Assembly (NCBI RefSeq): GCF_044324875.1
Contig: NZ_CP172185.1
Origin: Escherichia coli
GTDB taxonomy: Bacteria; Pseudomonadota; Gammaproteobacteria; Enterobacterales; Enterobacteriaceae
Direction: 5' to 3' (one strand)
DNA length: 64,000 nucleotides
Every line of letters begins with the position of its first letter. The first letter of the stretch is position 1. Both the position numbers and the translations under genes were made by a program. This document shows, piece after piece, positions 50,421 through 63,156 of the stretch. The notes below the pieces were generated by a model. The model did no database searches. It worked only from the letters and a program-made list of their open reading frames with translations, and was not told the DNA's origin.

Positions 50421-51089
50421 TCAGATAGGTTGAATTAACTCCGCGCCCTGGTTTTTAACATTACCCACCGCGCGCGATACCGGGTGCCAGGTGAACTGGT
50501 TTGCTGGCACACAGCCACTGGTAGCGATTTCTGAGGCTTCTTTACCGCCAATATCTTGCCGCATCCATTCCCGCGCAGCTTCTGGCGACAGTACCAGTGG
50601 GCGGCGGTCATGAATATCTACCAGACCCTGGTCTGCTGCTGCAGTGACAATCAAAAATCCTTCGGCTTCGTCACCGCGCTCGAACGGTGTGCTACCTATC
50701 GCGGCCATAAAAACAGGTTGTCCATCAGCACGATAGATAAAATAAGGCTGCTTTTTGTCGCCTTCTTTTTTCCACTCAAACCAGCCATCGGCAAAACAGA
50801 TTGCCCGACCATGTTGCCAGAGCGGTTTAAACATGCGACTGGTTGCGGCAGTTTCTACACGGGCGTTAATCAGCGGCGGTTTATCCCACCATCCGGGAGC
50901 ATATCCCCAGAAAACCGGATCCAAATGAAGGTGTTCATCACGTTCACTGAGCAGAAGGACTTTGGTTCCCGGCGCGACGTTGTATCTGCCAATGGGTTCT
51001 GTATCGTAGGGAATATCGCGTTCAATATCTTCCGCGAGAAGCGCAAGGTAATCTTCACGCGTTTGGGATTGGGCAAAGCGTCCACACAT
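50421..51089 (-). CDS. yedK: SOS-response-associated peptidase YedK (abasic-site processing protein)
   Basis: 222 aa beginning MCGRFAQ with catalytic Cys2; SRAP family. Confidence 0.9.
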   Translation of the reverse strand: MCGRFAQSQTREDYLALLAEDIERDIPYDTEPIGRYNVAPGTKVLLLSERDEHLHLDPVFWGYAPGWWDKPPLINARVETAATSRMFKPLWQHGRAICFADGWFEWKKEGDKKQPYFIYRADGQPVFMAAIGSTPFERGDEAEGFLIVTAAADQGLVDIHDRRPLVLSPEAAREWMRQDIGGKEASEIATSGCVPANQFTWHPVSRAVGNVKNQGAELIQPI

Positions 51090-51195
51090 AGCAACCTCCT
51101 GAGATCATACTGAAAAGAATAGGAGAGGGGGCGGGTAAAATCTATGTGTCAGAGGCAACGATGTTCCCGCTGTGGGCCACAGCGGGAATGAGGGA

Positions 51196-51426
51196 TTATT
51201 TCTGAATTAAATAACGAATGGTCGGCCCGTCTTGCTGAATATCCAGCACCGTATAGCCGTGATTACGCGCATCTAGTGGAATATTATTCGACTGCGGACA
51301 GTCGCTCACCACTTCCAGGATCTCACCTTTTTTTAATTGCGGCATCGCCTCAAGGGTTGCGACTGCCGGATAAGGGCAGGGTTCACCCACCATATCAAGG
51401 CGGTAATCAGGAACGATATTTTTCAT
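51196..51426 (-). CDS. yedF: TusA-like sulfurtransferase YedF
   Basis: 76 aa with conserved CPYP motif (GEPCPYPAVATLEAM). Confidence 0.9.
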   Translation of the reverse strand: MKNIVPDYRLDMVGEPCPYPAVATLEAMPQLKKGEILEVVSDCPQSNNIPLDARNHGYTVLDIQQDGPTIRYLIQK

Positions 51427-52628
51427 GCGATCTCCTTAGCAGTCTGCGGTGCCGCACGGCGGAAGAAGCGTTTTTCCCAGCCGATAATCAACATCAGCGC
51501 AGCAAACAGCAGCAAATATGTCACCAGCAGGCCACCCATCGGACCAAAGGTTTTCAGTAGGTTGATTTTGTCCCAGTCGGTGGCCAGCGCCGGAGCGAAA
51601 TCATCCCAGTAGTACGCCAGAATCGTCGAGCCGATCACGTTGCCCAGACCGACCCACCAGTAGTGCACCTGGCCTTCTACCGCGCGGTACATCCAGCCGG
51701 TTTCGCAGCCGCCAGCCAGCACGATGCCAAAACCAAACAGTAAACCACCAATTACCGCGTTTGGTCCCGCCCACATGATTTTGGGTTCAACGCCTAACTG
51801 TACGTAACTGAAGATCCCGATGGCACTCACCGCCATACCAATAATGATTGCTTTCGCCATATGGGTACGTCCGGTGATCCACATATCGCGGAACGCCGAA
51901 GTAAAGCAGATTTGCGCACGTTCAATCAGTAAACCAAAGCCGACGCCAAACAGCATTGCCAGCCCCAGTTTGGGTTGGTTCATCGCTGTGAGCAGCGCCC
52001 AGCCCAGCATGCCGAAAAAGACCAGCATCCCGAGACGAAAACGACGCCGCGCCTGATCCGGTTTTTGCGTCAGCGGTGAGGCGGCAGAAACTTTCTGCAT
52101 TTTCACGGGAATACGGAAGATGGGCAGCAGGGTAAAGCGCGCGCCAAACCATGAGCCAATGGCAGTGGCGATGGCAAAGAACCAGGCATGCAGCGAGAAC
52201 TGAGGAATGCCGGTAAAGAACGCCGCCAGGTTACAGCCCATTGCCAGACGCGCGCCAAAACCAGCGATAATGCCGCCAATAATGGCTTGCATAATGCGGA
52301 TACGGCTGCGTGGCATGCGTAGTTTGACATTGTTGGCCCACAGCGCTGCAGCAAAGCAGCCGCCAAACATACCGAGGATCATCATCCCGTCGATGCGGGT
52401 TAATGGCGATCCTTCCAGATGGATAATTTTAAAATAACCCCACTCTTCAGCATGGACGCCGAACAGCTGCAGGAGCTGACCGCCCCAACGGGTAAATTCA
52501 CCCGTGACAGCCCAAAAGGTGCCAGTGATGCCAAAATAGTAAGTGGAGAGAATACCCGCCGCGATGACCGCAGGGATGGGCGCCCAGAATTTAATCAACC
52601 AGGCGTGTTTGAATTGCTGCCATGACAT
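51423..52628 (-). CDS. yedE: YeeE/YedE-family membrane transporter (selenium/sulfur-related) YedE
   Basis: 401 aa polytopic membrane protein; overlaps the yedF start by 4 nt. Confidence 0.9.
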   Translation of the reverse strand: MSWQQFKHAWLIKFWAPIPAVIAAGILSTYYFGITGTFWAVTGEFTRWGGQLLQLFGVHAEEWGYFKIIHLEGSPLTRIDGMMILGMFGGCFAAALWANNVKLRMPRSRIRIMQAIIGGIIAGFGARLAMGCNLAAFFTGIPQFSLHAWFFAIATAIGSWFGARFTLLPIFRIPVKMQKVSAASPLTQKPDQARRRFRLGMLVFFGMLGWALLTAMNQPKLGLAMLFGVGFGLLIERAQICFTSAFRDMWITGRTHMAKAIIIGMAVSAIGIFSYVQLGVEPKIMWAGPNAVIGGLLFGFGIVLAGGCETGWMYRAVEGQVHYWWVGLGNVIGSTILAYYWDDFAPALATDWDKINLLKTFGPMGGLLVTYLLLFAALMLIIGWEKRFFRRAAPQTAKEIA

Positions 52629-52811
52629 GAATGTAGCCTCTGAACTCAGAAGGTTTGAAACAGGAGTCGCGAATCATACATCAAGCAAATTTATTTTCAG
52701 GGTAATAATTCACAAAAATAATAGTTAGATCAAATTTCTCTCTGAACCTGGAAAGGCTGGCGACATCAGGGCTTTAATGCCACAATCCTCTTTTCTTCTC
52801 ATGCAGGACGA

Positions 52812-53228
52812 ATGATGAAAAAACTCGCAATTGCAGGCGCGCTCATGTTGCTGGCGGGCTGTGCCGAAGTCGAAAACTATAACAATGTCGTGAAAACCCC
52901 CGCGCCGGACTGGCTGGCGGGCTACTGGCAGACCAAAGGGCCGCAACGTGCGCTGGTCAGTCCGGAAGCGATAGGCAGCCTGATTGTCACTAAAGAGGGC
53001 GATACCCTGGATTGCCGTCAGTGGCAGCGGGTGATTGCCGTGCCGGGTAAGTTGACATTGATGTCTGATGATCTCACTAACGTTACCGTAAAACGTGAGC
53101 TGTACGAGGTTGAGCGTGACGGTAACACCATTGAGTACGATGGTATGACGATGGAGCGTGTGGATCGCCCGACGGCAGAGTGTGCCGCCGCGCTGGATAA
53201 AGCGCCGTTACCGACGCCACTGCCGTAA
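52812..53228 (+). CDS. yedD: Lipoprotein YedD
   Basis: 138 aa; lipobox LAGCAE. Confidence 0.9.
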   Translation: MMKKLAIAGALMLLAGCAEVENYNNVVKTPAPDWLAGYWQTKGPQRALVSPEAIGSLIVTKEGDTLDCRQWQRVIAVPGKLTLMSDDLTNVTVKRELYEVERDGNTIEYDGMTMERVDRPTAECAAALDKAPLPTPLP

Positions 53229-53261
53229 TGAAATCTCCCCGGCTTGCCGCCGGGGATGAAT

Positions 53262-54749
53262 TTAAATCACCTCTTCGATAACCCACACGCTGACGCTGCC
53301 GCCGTTGCAAAAGAAGGTTGCTTCGCCGTTTTCGTCGGTCACTACGCTCTCTTGCCGGTTCCCCAGAAAATCACGCCAGGTTTTATTGCCGTAATTCTCT
53401 CCCAGATGAATGGTTTTTTCGCCATCATCCCCGTTCGACATGACCACCACGCAACCGGGATATTCGTCAGTGCCACTGCGGCTAAAGGCAATGCAGTTCG
53501 GATGGTCGAAAAATAACGTCTGTACACCGTGGGCGAAACGCTGACGGGCGAGAATTAACTCATCAAGCTGTTCGATTATTGGCATATCTATCGGATAGGT
53601 TTGCCCGTCACCGCCAACATCTTCGTAATGCGCGCCATAGAGGTCAGGATAGAACACCGAAGGAACGCCATTTTCCCGCAACAAAATTAGAGCATACGCC
53701 AGCGGTTTAAACCACGGTTCGACGGGGGCTTCGAGGGCTTGCAACGGTTGGGTGTCGTGGTTGGCAACGAGGGTTACGGCGTGAAAAGGATCGGCTTCCA
53801 CTAATGTACCCGTGAAAATCTGCGTCATGTCGTAGTCGCGCCCCATGCGCGATGCTTCATGGAATTTCATCTGCAGCGGTGCATCGAACAGCATGGTTTT
53901 GCCTTCCACCTGATCAATATACGTTTGCAGTTTATCGACTTCATGCGACCAGTACTCTGCCACAATAAACAGCGGCTTTGGCGCAACTTCCTGTACGTGT
54001 TCGATCCACTCTTTATAAAACCACGCCGGAATATGTTTGACCGCATCAAGACGAAAACCGTCGCACTGCGTTTGTTCCATCACCCAGCGCGCCCAGTATT
54101 TAATCTCTTCCGTCACGGCATGATTGCGGAAATCGATATTCTCGCCCATCAGATAATCGAAATTACCTAATTCATCATCAACCTGATCGTTCCAGCCTTC
54201 GCCGGTGTAGTCGTTAACAATTTTAAATATGCCATCTTCATCAGGGTTTTCGATATGGTCGATACCGCTAAAACATTTGAAATCCCAGATAAACTGTGAG
54301 TATTGCCCGGCACGGGCGGGGAAGGTGTAACGCGTCCAGCCTTCGCACTCAATGATTTCTTCATCAATTTGCGTACGGTCGTCAGCATTTACACGCTGCA
54401 CGCGAATAGCTTCTTTTTCATCCGCGCCCATTTTGTGGTTGACTACCACGTCCAACAGCACCGCAATGTCATTACGTTTCAGGGCGTCAATGGCGGCCAG
54501 CAGTTGTACTTTATCGCCATATTTAGTAGGGATGCTGCCTTTCTGATCAAACTCACCTAAATCAAATAAATCATAGGAGTCGTAGCCGACCGAATACCCG
54601 CCCGATGCGCCTTTATAGGCGGGCGGCAACCAGACCATATTGATACCAATATCATTAAAACCGTCGGCGCGCTCGGCCAGTTCAGGCCAGAGCTTACCGC
54701 CTTCCGGGTAATACCAGTGAAAACATTGTAACAGCGTGGGATTACGCAT
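53262..54749 (-). CDS. amyA: Cytoplasmic alpha-amylase AmyA
   Basis: 495 aa GH13 protein, no signal peptide. Confidence 0.95.
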   Translation of the reverse strand: MRNPTLLQCFHWYYPEGGKLWPELAERADGFNDIGINMVWLPPAYKGASGGYSVGYDSYDLFDLGEFDQKGSIPTKYGDKVQLLAAIDALKRNDIAVLLDVVVNHKMGADEKEAIRVQRVNADDRTQIDEEIIECEGWTRYTFPARAGQYSQFIWDFKCFSGIDHIENPDEDGIFKIVNDYTGEGWNDQVDDELGNFDYLMGENIDFRNHAVTEEIKYWARWVMEQTQCDGFRLDAVKHIPAWFYKEWIEHVQEVAPKPLFIVAEYWSHEVDKLQTYIDQVEGKTMLFDAPLQMKFHEASRMGRDYDMTQIFTGTLVEADPFHAVTLVANHDTQPLQALEAPVEPWFKPLAYALILLRENGVPSVFYPDLYGAHYEDVGGDGQTYPIDMPIIEQLDELILARQRFAHGVQTLFFDHPNCIAFSRSGTDEYPGCVVVMSNGDDGEKTIHLGENYGNKTWRDFLGNRQESVVTDENGEATFFCNGGSVSVWVIEEVI

Positions 54750-54826
54750 TCTTCGACTCCATTCAAGGGGAACATTAGAAGCGTAGCCGTAATCGGATTA
54801 TTCGCGAGCCATCGACTCGTTCAGAT

Positions 54827-55192
54827 TCAAAAGAGGTTATCCTGCGGAGCCAGCACAAAGCCGCCCTGATCACCATAGGCACTTAACACCGATTTTTGCA
54901 CCGATGACTGACCGACCAGTTTCGCCAGTTCATCCATCCGAATCTGTAATAACTGCTTTACCTTGCTTTCGTTGTCGAGAATCAGGCGCAGCATCGGGCG
55001 GAGCTGCTCCTGCATCATGGTGGACGGGTCAACCTCTTCAGTCAGATGTGCAATCTCCTGCACCGCATTCACATACGCCATTTCGCTGGCGATGAGTTCG
55101 TCCCATTGTTCTTCCGTTGCCAGGCGTAACATGAGCTGGCTTTTTTCGACGAGTTGTTGCCAGGCGAAATACAAATGCGGTGCGTGGTTCAT
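54827..55192 (-). CDS. fliT: Flagellar chaperone / FlhDC antagonist FliT
   Basis: 121 aa; last gene of fliDST. Confidence 0.95.
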   Translation of the reverse strand: MNHAPHLYFAWQQLVEKSQLMLRLATEEQWDELIASEMAYVNAVQEIAHLTEEVDPSTMMQEQLRPMLRLILDNESKVKQLLQIRMDELAKLVGQSSVQKSVLSAYGDQGGFVLAPQDNLF

Positions 55193-55602
55193 CAGACTGG
55201 GTCCTGAATCAAAGAAGGGGAGAGTAACGACTCTTTCCAGGCATCGGCAATATTACGCATTAATGCTTCCACTTCTTCGACTGCGGAGACATCGTTGCGT
55301 AAATTGGCTTGCAGCAAGCGCCTGACCATATAGCTATAAAGAGCAATCAAGTTTTGGGTTAATTCGTCTTTGCTCTCTTCATCAAGACTCACCCGCAGTC
55401 CGTTCTCAATGATGTTGATCGCTTTTGACAATGAGACGCCTTTGCCTTGCTGATTGTTGTCCTGCATAAACAGGCGCGCTCTAACCAGTGCGCTCAGCAC
55501 TCCATCAAATAGCATGGTGACCAGCTGCTGTTGACTGGCGCTCATTACGGCGCTTTCGACGCCAATTTGTGCATAGGCCTGGGTGCCTTTTGCCGCGTAC
55601 AT
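55192..55602 (-). CDS. fliS: Flagellin-specific chaperone FliS
   Basis: 136 aa. Confidence 0.95.
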   Translation of the reverse strand: MYAAKGTQAYAQIGVESAVMSASQQQLVTMLFDGVLSALVRARLFMQDNNQQGKGVSLSKAINIIENGLRVSLDEESKDELTQNLIALYSYMVRRLLQANLRNDVSAVEEVEALMRNIADAWKESLLSPSLIQDPV

Positions 55603-55626
55603 GACCTGTCTCCCGATGAATAATGA

Positions 55627-57042
55627 TTACTTGGAATTACTGTTGTTTTCGAACTGCTGCGTTAAGTAGCTGCTGGTGCTGTTTAACGAGGTCATTAAAA
55701 CGTCCAGTTGGGTAAATTGTTCTTTGTAGCGCGCGACCTGCGCATCAATGCGATCGCTGGCGGCGTTGTAGTCTTTAGTTAACTTATTCAGGGTCTTACT
55801 AACGCCATCGGTAGCGGCTTTAATAATGCCCGTTGTCGAAAGCCAACTAGTCAGGTTGCTGCCGATGGTGGTCGTGATACCGGTTTTTTTACCATCGCCA
55901 ACAATCAATGCACCTACGCCGCTGGCATCTTTTTTCAGTGCAGCGGTGAGTTTGTCGGCATCCAGCTCCAGTTTGCCATCGCTGGGATCGGTCGTGATAC
56001 CAATCTGCGCCAACGTTTTATAGTTGGAAGAACTGACGGTATTACTCAGCATCGACTTCAACTGCGTCTGAATCGTCCGCAACGTGGAGTCGCCGAGCAG
56101 TGCGCCATTGCTAGAACTCTGGCTATCAGCCCCCGCATCTACGGCGGTGTATTTGGTCAGGCTGCTGAAGGTATCTATTAGCGAGTTATAGGCATTCACC
56201 CAGTCTTTAATCGCCGTTTGCGCTTTGGAGGTGTCCTGAGTGATGGTTAGCGTCTGGTTGCCCGTGGTGACATCGTTCAGGTTCAGGGTGATGTTTTCCA
56301 GCGCGTCGCTGATGGTGTTGCTGCTGTTCTCAATGGCGACGTTGTTGACCGTCAGTTGCGCATTCTGAGCGGCGACCGAGACCTCCATGCCGTTGCTGCT
56401 GGCACTGGCGTCATAGCCCATAAAACTTTGTAGCGCATCATCACCGCTAACCGAGAGCGTCATCGCATTGTCAAGGCCGGTGTCATTTGATGTGACTGAC
56501 AGACGATATTCACCGTTACCCACGTTAATGATGCTCGCGCTAACACCCGCTTTTGCGTTGTTGATGGCATCACGGATCCCGCTTAACGATGAGTTAGCCG
56601 CGCTGATATCAATGGTAATCGGCTCTTTGTCGCCGCCTTGTTGAAGGGTGAGTTTGCTGTCGCTGGTGGCGATCGCCGTTTTCGTATCATCTCTGGTGGT
56701 GCGCGTGGTCAGGGTTTGCGCCTGCGCCAGATGGGTGACGCTGATGGTGTATTTCCCGGCGATGGCGTTACCCGCGGTGGTGGCACTGAACGCGGTGGTG
56801 CTGCTGGTGGTGCTGGTGGTGCTGGTGGCGGAAAAAAGATCGGCTTTAGACAATGCAGTATTGGCGGTCTGGAAAGTCGTCAGCGCGCTTTTCAGCGTAC
56901 CGTAGGCGCTAAGTTTAGCGGTAAACGACGATTGCTGATTTGAAATAGGGGTTAGCGTCGCTTTTTGCGCGGCGGTGAGGCTATCAAGGATTGAACTTAA
57001 ATCCAGGCCTGACCCGACTCCCAGCGATGAAATACTTGCCAT
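55627..57042 (-). CDS. fliD: Flagellar filament cap protein FliD
   Basis: 471 aa, Thr/Ser-rich cap protein; divergent from fliC. Confidence 0.95.
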   Translation of the reverse strand: MASISSLGVGSGLDLSSILDSLTAAQKATLTPISNQQSSFTAKLSAYGTLKSALTTFQTANTALSKADLFSATSTTSTTSSTTAFSATTAGNAIAGKYTISVTHLAQAQTLTTRTTRDDTKTAIATSDSKLTLQQGGDKEPITIDISAANSSLSGIRDAINNAKAGVSASIINVGNGEYRLSVTSNDTGLDNAMTLSVSGDDALQSFMGYDASASSNGMEVSVAAQNAQLTVNNVAIENSSNTISDALENITLNLNDVTTGNQTLTITQDTSKAQTAIKDWVNAYNSLIDTFSSLTKYTAVDAGADSQSSSNGALLGDSTLRTIQTQLKSMLSNTVSSSNYKTLAQIGITTDPSDGKLELDADKLTAALKKDASGVGALIVGDGKKTGITTTIGSNLTSWLSTTGIIKAATDGVSKTLNKLTKDYNAASDRIDAQVARYKEQFTQLDVLMTSLNSTSSYLTQQFENNSNSK

Positions 57043-57204
57043 GCGATTTCCTTTTATCTTTCGACACGTAAAACGAATACCGGGGTTATCGGCCTGAATT
57101 GCGCAAAGTTTACGTTTAATTGTTTTTTTTAATAGCGGGAATAAGGGGTAGAGAAAAGAGTATTTCGGCGACTAACAAAAAATGGCTGTTTGTGAAAAAA
57201 ATTC

Positions 57205-57231
57205 TAAAGGTTGTTTTACGACAGACGATAA
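57205..57231 (+). promoter_or_regulatory. Sigma-28 (FliA) class 3 promoter of fliC
   Basis: TAAA at 57205-57208, 15-nt spacer, GACGATAA at 57224-57231, close to the TAAA-N15-GCCGATAA consensus; about 75 nt upstream of the fliC ATG. Confidence 0.7.
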
Positions 57232-57307
57232 CAGGGTTGACGGCGATTGAGCCGACGGGTGGAAACCCAATACGTAATCAACGACTTGCAATATAGGATA
57301 ACGAATC

Positions 57308-59014
57308 ATGGCACAAGTCATTAATACCAACAGCCTCTCGCTGATCACTCAAAATAATATCAACAAGAACCAGTCTGCGCTGTCGAGTTCTATCGAGCGT
57401 CTGTCTTCTGGCTTGCGTATTAACAGCGCGAAGGATGACGCCGCGGGTCAGGCGATTGCTAACCGTTTTACTTCTAACATTAAAGGCCTGACTCAGGCTG
57501 CACGTAACGCCAACGACGGTATTTCTGTTGCACAGACCACCGAAGGCGCGCTGTCCGAAATCAACAACAACTTACAGCGTATTCGTGAACTGACGGTTCA
57601 GGCCACTACCGGTACTAACTCTGATTCGGATCTGGACTCCATCCAGGACGAAATCAAATCTCGTCTGGACGAAATTGACCGCGTATCCGGTCAGACCCAG
57701 TTCAACGGTGTGAACGTACTGGCGAAAGACGGTTCGATGAAAATTCAGGTTGGTGCGAACGACGGCCAGACTATCACGATTGATCTGAAGAAAATTGACT
57801 CAGATACGCTGGGTTTGAATGGTTTTAACGTTAATGGCAAAGGTACTATTGCGAACAAAGCTGCTACAGTCAGCGATCTGACCGCTGCTGGTGCAACGGG
57901 AACAGGTCCTTATGCTGTGACCACAAACAATACAGCTCTCAGCGCTAGCGATGCACTGTCTCGCCTGAAAACCGGAGATACAGTTACTACTACTGGCTCG
58001 AGTGCTGCGACCTATACTTATGATGCGGCTAAAGGGAACTTCACCACTCAAGCAACAGTTGCAGATGGCGATGTTGTTAACTTTGCAAATACTCTGAAAC
58101 CAGCGGCTGGCACTACTGCATCAGGTGTTTATACTCGTAGTACTGGTGATGTGAAGTTTGATGTAGATGCTAATGGCGATGTGACCATCGGTGGTAAAGC
58201 CGCGTACCTGGACGCCACTGGTAACCTATCTACAAACAACGCCGGCATTGCATCTTCAGCAAAATTGTCCGATCTGTTTGCTAGCGGTAGTTCTTTAGCG
58301 ACAACTGGTTCTATCCAGCTGTCTGGCACAACTTATAACTTTGGTGCAGCGGCAACTTCTGGCGTAACCTACACCAAAACGGTAAGCGCTGATACTGTAC
58401 TGAGCACAGTACAGAGTGCTGCAACGGCTAACACAGCAGTTACTGGTGCGACAATTAAGTATAATACAGGTATTCAGTCTGCAACTGCGTCCTTCGGTGG
58501 TGCTAATACTAATGGTGCTGGTAATTCGAATGACACCTATACTGATGCAGACAAAGAGCTTACCACAACCGCATCTTACACTATCAACTACAACGTCGAT
58601 AAGGATACCGGTACAGTAACTGTAGCTTCAAATGGCGCAGGTGCAACTGGTAAATTTGCAGCTACTGTTGGCGCACAGGCTTATGTTAACTCTACAGGCA
58701 AACTGACCACTGAAACCACCAGTGCAGGCACTGCAACCAAAGATCCTCTGTCTGCCCTGGATGAAGCAATCAGCTCCATCGACAAATTCCGTTCATCCTT
58801 GGGTGCTATCCAGAACCGTCTGGATTCCGCGGTCACCAACCTGAACAACACCACTACCAACCTGTCCGAAGCGCAGTCCCGTATTCAGGACGCCGACTAT
58901 GCGACCGAAGTGTCCAACATGTCGAAAGCGCAGATCATCCAGCAGGCCGGTAACTCCGTGCTGGCAAAAGCTAACCAGGTACCGCAGCAGGTTCTGTCTC
59001 TGCTGCAGGGTTAA
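57308..59014 (+). CDS. fliC: Flagellin FliC (H antigen), 568 aa
   Basis: Conserved N-terminus MAQVINTNSLSLITQNNINKNQSALSSSIERLSSGLRINSAKDDAAGQAIANRF and C-terminus ...VPQQVLSLLQG with a long Thr/Ala/Gly-rich variable centre. Confidence 0.97.
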   Translation: MAQVINTNSLSLITQNNINKNQSALSSSIERLSSGLRINSAKDDAAGQAIANRFTSNIKGLTQAARNANDGISVAQTTEGALSEINNNLQRIRELTVQATTGTNSDSDLDSIQDEIKSRLDEIDRVSGQTQFNGVNVLAKDGSMKIQVGANDGQTITIDLKKIDSDTLGLNGFNVNGKGTIANKAATVSDLTAAGATGTGPYAVTTNNTALSASDALSRLKTGDTVTTTGSSAATYTYDAAKGNFTTQATVADGDVVNFANTLKPAAGTTASGVYTRSTGDVKFDVDANGDVTIGGKAAYLDATGNLSTNNAGIASSAKLSDLFASGSSLATTGSIQLSGTTYNFGAAATSGVTYTKTVSADTVLSTVQSAATANTAVTGATIKYNTGIQSATASFGGANTNGAGNSNDTYTDADKELTTTASYTINYNVDKDTGTVTVASNGAGATGKFAATVGAQAYVNSTGKLTTETTSAGTATKDPLSALDEAISSIDKFRSSLGAIQNRLDSAVTNLNNTTTNLSEAQSRIQDADYATEVSNMSKAQIIQQAGNSVLAKANQVPQQVLSLLQG

Positions 59015-59020
59015 TCGCCT

Positions 59021-59047
59021 GAATGCCTCTCAAACCCCGCTCCGGCG
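59021..59047 (+). terminator. Rho-independent terminator of fliC
   Basis: Hairpin CCCCGCTCCGGCGGGG followed by TTTTTT. Confidence 0.75.
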
Positions 59048-59177
59048 GGGTTTTTTACAATTGGCTTTTTGCGTAACCCCCAAATAACCCCTCATTTCAC
59101 CCACTAATCGTCCGATTAAAAACCCTGCAGAAACGGATAATCATGCCGATAACTCATATAACGCAGGGCTGTTTATC

Positions 59178-59897
59178 GTGAATTCACTCTATACCGCTGA
59201 AGGTGTAATGGATAAACACTCGCTGTGGCAGCGTTATGTCCCGCTGGTGCGTCACGAAGCATTGCGCCTGCAGGTTCGACTGCCCGCGAGCGTGGAACTT
59301 GACGATCTGCTACAGGCGGGCGGCATTGGGTTACTCAATGCCGTCGAACGCTATGACGCCCTACAAGGAACGGCATTTACAACTTACGCAGTGCAGCGTA
59401 TCCGTGGCGCTATGCTGGATGAACTTCGCAGCCGTGACTGGGTGCCGCGCAGCGTGCGACGCAACGCGCGTGAAGTGGCACAGGCAATAGGGCAACTGGA
59501 GCAGGAACTTGGCCGCAACGCCACGGAAACTGAGGTTGCGGAACGTTTAGGGATCGATATTGCCGATTATCGTCAAATGCTGCTCGACACCAATAACAGC
59601 CAGCTCTTCTCCTACGATGAGTGGCGCGAAGAGCACGGCGATAGCATCGAACTGGTTACTGATGATCATCAGCGAGAAAACCCGCTACAACAACTGCTGG
59701 ACAGTAATCTGCGCCAGCGGGTGATGGAAGCTATCGAAACGTTGCCGGAGCGCGAAAAACTGGTATTAACCCTCTATTACCAGGAAGAGCTGAATCTCAA
59801 AGAGATTGGCGCGGTGCTGGAGGTCGGGGAATCGCGGGTCAGTCAGTTACACAGCCAGGCCATTAAACGGTTACGCACTAAACTGGGTAAGTTATAA
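59178..59897 (+). CDS. fliA: Flagellar sigma factor sigma-28 FliA
   Basis: 239 aa; sigma-70 regions 2 and 4. Confidence 0.97.
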   Translation: MNSLYTAEGVMDKHSLWQRYVPLVRHEALRLQVRLPASVELDDLLQAGGIGLLNAVERYDALQGTAFTTYAVQRIRGAMLDELRSRDWVPRSVRRNAREVAQAIGQLEQELGRNATETEVAERLGIDIADYRQMLLDTNNSQLFSYDEWREEHGDSIELVTDDHQRENPLQQLLDSNLRQRVMEAIETLPEREKLVLTLYYQEELNLKEIGAVLEVGESRVSQLHSQAIKRLRTKLGKL

Positions 59898-59942
59898 CGT
59901 CAGTAAATGCCGCACTTTAATTTTGACTACCAGGAGTTCTTA

Positions 59943-60494
59943 ATGATGGTGCAGCACCTGAAAAGACGGCCATTAAGCCGCTATCTTAAAGACTTTAAAC
60001 ACAGCCAGACCCATTGCGCGCATTGCCGTAAATTACTCGATCGCATTACCCTCGTTCGCGACGGCAAAATAGTGAATAAAATCGAGATTTCCCGCCTGGA
60101 CATGCTGCTTGATGAAAATGGCTGGCAAGTGGAACAAAAATCATGGGCGGCATTGTGCCGATTTTGCGGTGATTTACATTGCAAAACGCAGAGTGATTTT
60201 TTCGATATTATCGGCTTTAAGCAATTTCTTTTTGAGCAAACTGAAATGAGCCCAGGTACGGTGCGTGAATATGTCGTTCGTCTGCGCCGTTTGGGTAATC
60301 ATCTACACGAGCAAAATATTTCCCTCGATCAGCTGCAGGACGGTTTCCTTGATGAAATCCTCGCCCCGTGGCTGCCCACCACCAGCACCAACAATTACCG
60401 CATTGCGTTACGGAAGTATCAACACTATCAGCGTCAAACGTGTACCGGACTTGTGCAGAAATCCTCCAGCCTGCCTGCTTCTGATATATATTAA
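59943..60494 (+). CDS. fliZ: Regulator FliZ
   Basis: 183 aa starting MMVQHLKRRPLSRYLKDF... Confidence 0.9.
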   Translation: MMVQHLKRRPLSRYLKDFKHSQTHCAHCRKLLDRITLVRDGKIVNKIEISRLDMLLDENGWQVEQKSWAALCRFCGDLHCKTQSDFFDIIGFKQFLFEQTEMSPGTVREYVVRLRRLGNHLHEQNISLDQLQDGFLDEILAPWLPTTSTNNYRIALRKYQHYQRQTCTGLVQKSSSLPASDIY

Positions 60495-60581
60495 ATAAGA
60501 ATAAGATGTAGCGGAGTTGTTTTTGTGTTTACAAACAATGGCTCTACACTGCAAACAGACATAACAACATTCGGGGTGAAT

Positions 60582-62473
<1,892 letters not shown>

Positions 62474-62487
62474 CTCCGGAAACGCTC

Positions 62488-63156
62488 ATGCAAGAAAGTA
62501 TACAACTGGTTATTGATTCCTTGCCGTTCCTGCTGAAAGGGGCTGGGTATACGCTGCAACTCAGTATCGGCGGCATGTTTTTTGGCTTACTGCTAGGGTT
62601 TATTCTCGCGCTGATGCGCCTTTCGCCAATCTGGCCCGTGCGCTGGCTGGCGCGTTTTTATATCTCTATTTTTCGTGGTACGCCACTCATCGCACAACTG
62701 TTTATGATCTATTACGGCCTGCCGCAGTTTGGCATCGAACTAGATCCCATTCCGTCAGCAATGATTGGTCTGTCGCTAAACACTGCCGCCTATGCTGCCG
62801 AAACGCTGCGCGCCGCCATTTCTTCTATTGATAAAGGTCAGTGGGAAGCTGCTGCCAGTATTGGTATGACGCCGTGGCAGACCATGCGTCGCGCGATTTT
62901 GCCACAGGCGGCGCGGGTGGCGTTGCCGCCGCTGTCGAACAGCTTTATCAGCCTGGTAAAAGATACGTCGCTGGCCGCGACAATCCAGGTGCCGGAGCTG
63001 TTCCGTCAGGCGCAGTTGATTACCTCACGCACGCTGGAAGTGTTCACCATGTACCTGGCGGCTTCGCTCATCTACTGGATCATGGCGACAGTGTTATCGA
63101 CGTTGCAGAACCATTTTGAGAATCAACTTAATCGCCAGGAGAGAGAACCAAAATGA
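62488..63156 (+). CDS. tcyL: Cystine ABC transporter permease TcyL (YecS)
   Basis: 222 aa polar-amino-acid ABC permease. Confidence 0.9.
   Translation: MQESIQLVIDSLPFLLKGAGYTLQLSIGGMFFGLLLGFILALMRLSPIWPVRWLARFYISIFRGTPLIAQLFMIYYGLPQFGIELDPIPSAMIGLSLNTAAYAAETLRAAISSIDKGQWEAAASIGMTPWQTMRRAILPQAARVALPPLSNSFISLVKDTSLAATIQVPELFRQAQLITSRTLEVFTMYLAASLIYWIMATVLSTLQNHFENQLNRQEREPK

Noticed and set aside
59021-59047. Annotating a fliC 3'UTR-derived small RNA (FliX-like)
   Set aside because: Such 3'UTR sRNAs are reported for fliC, but I cannot place the processing boundaries from sequence alone; only the terminator is annotated.
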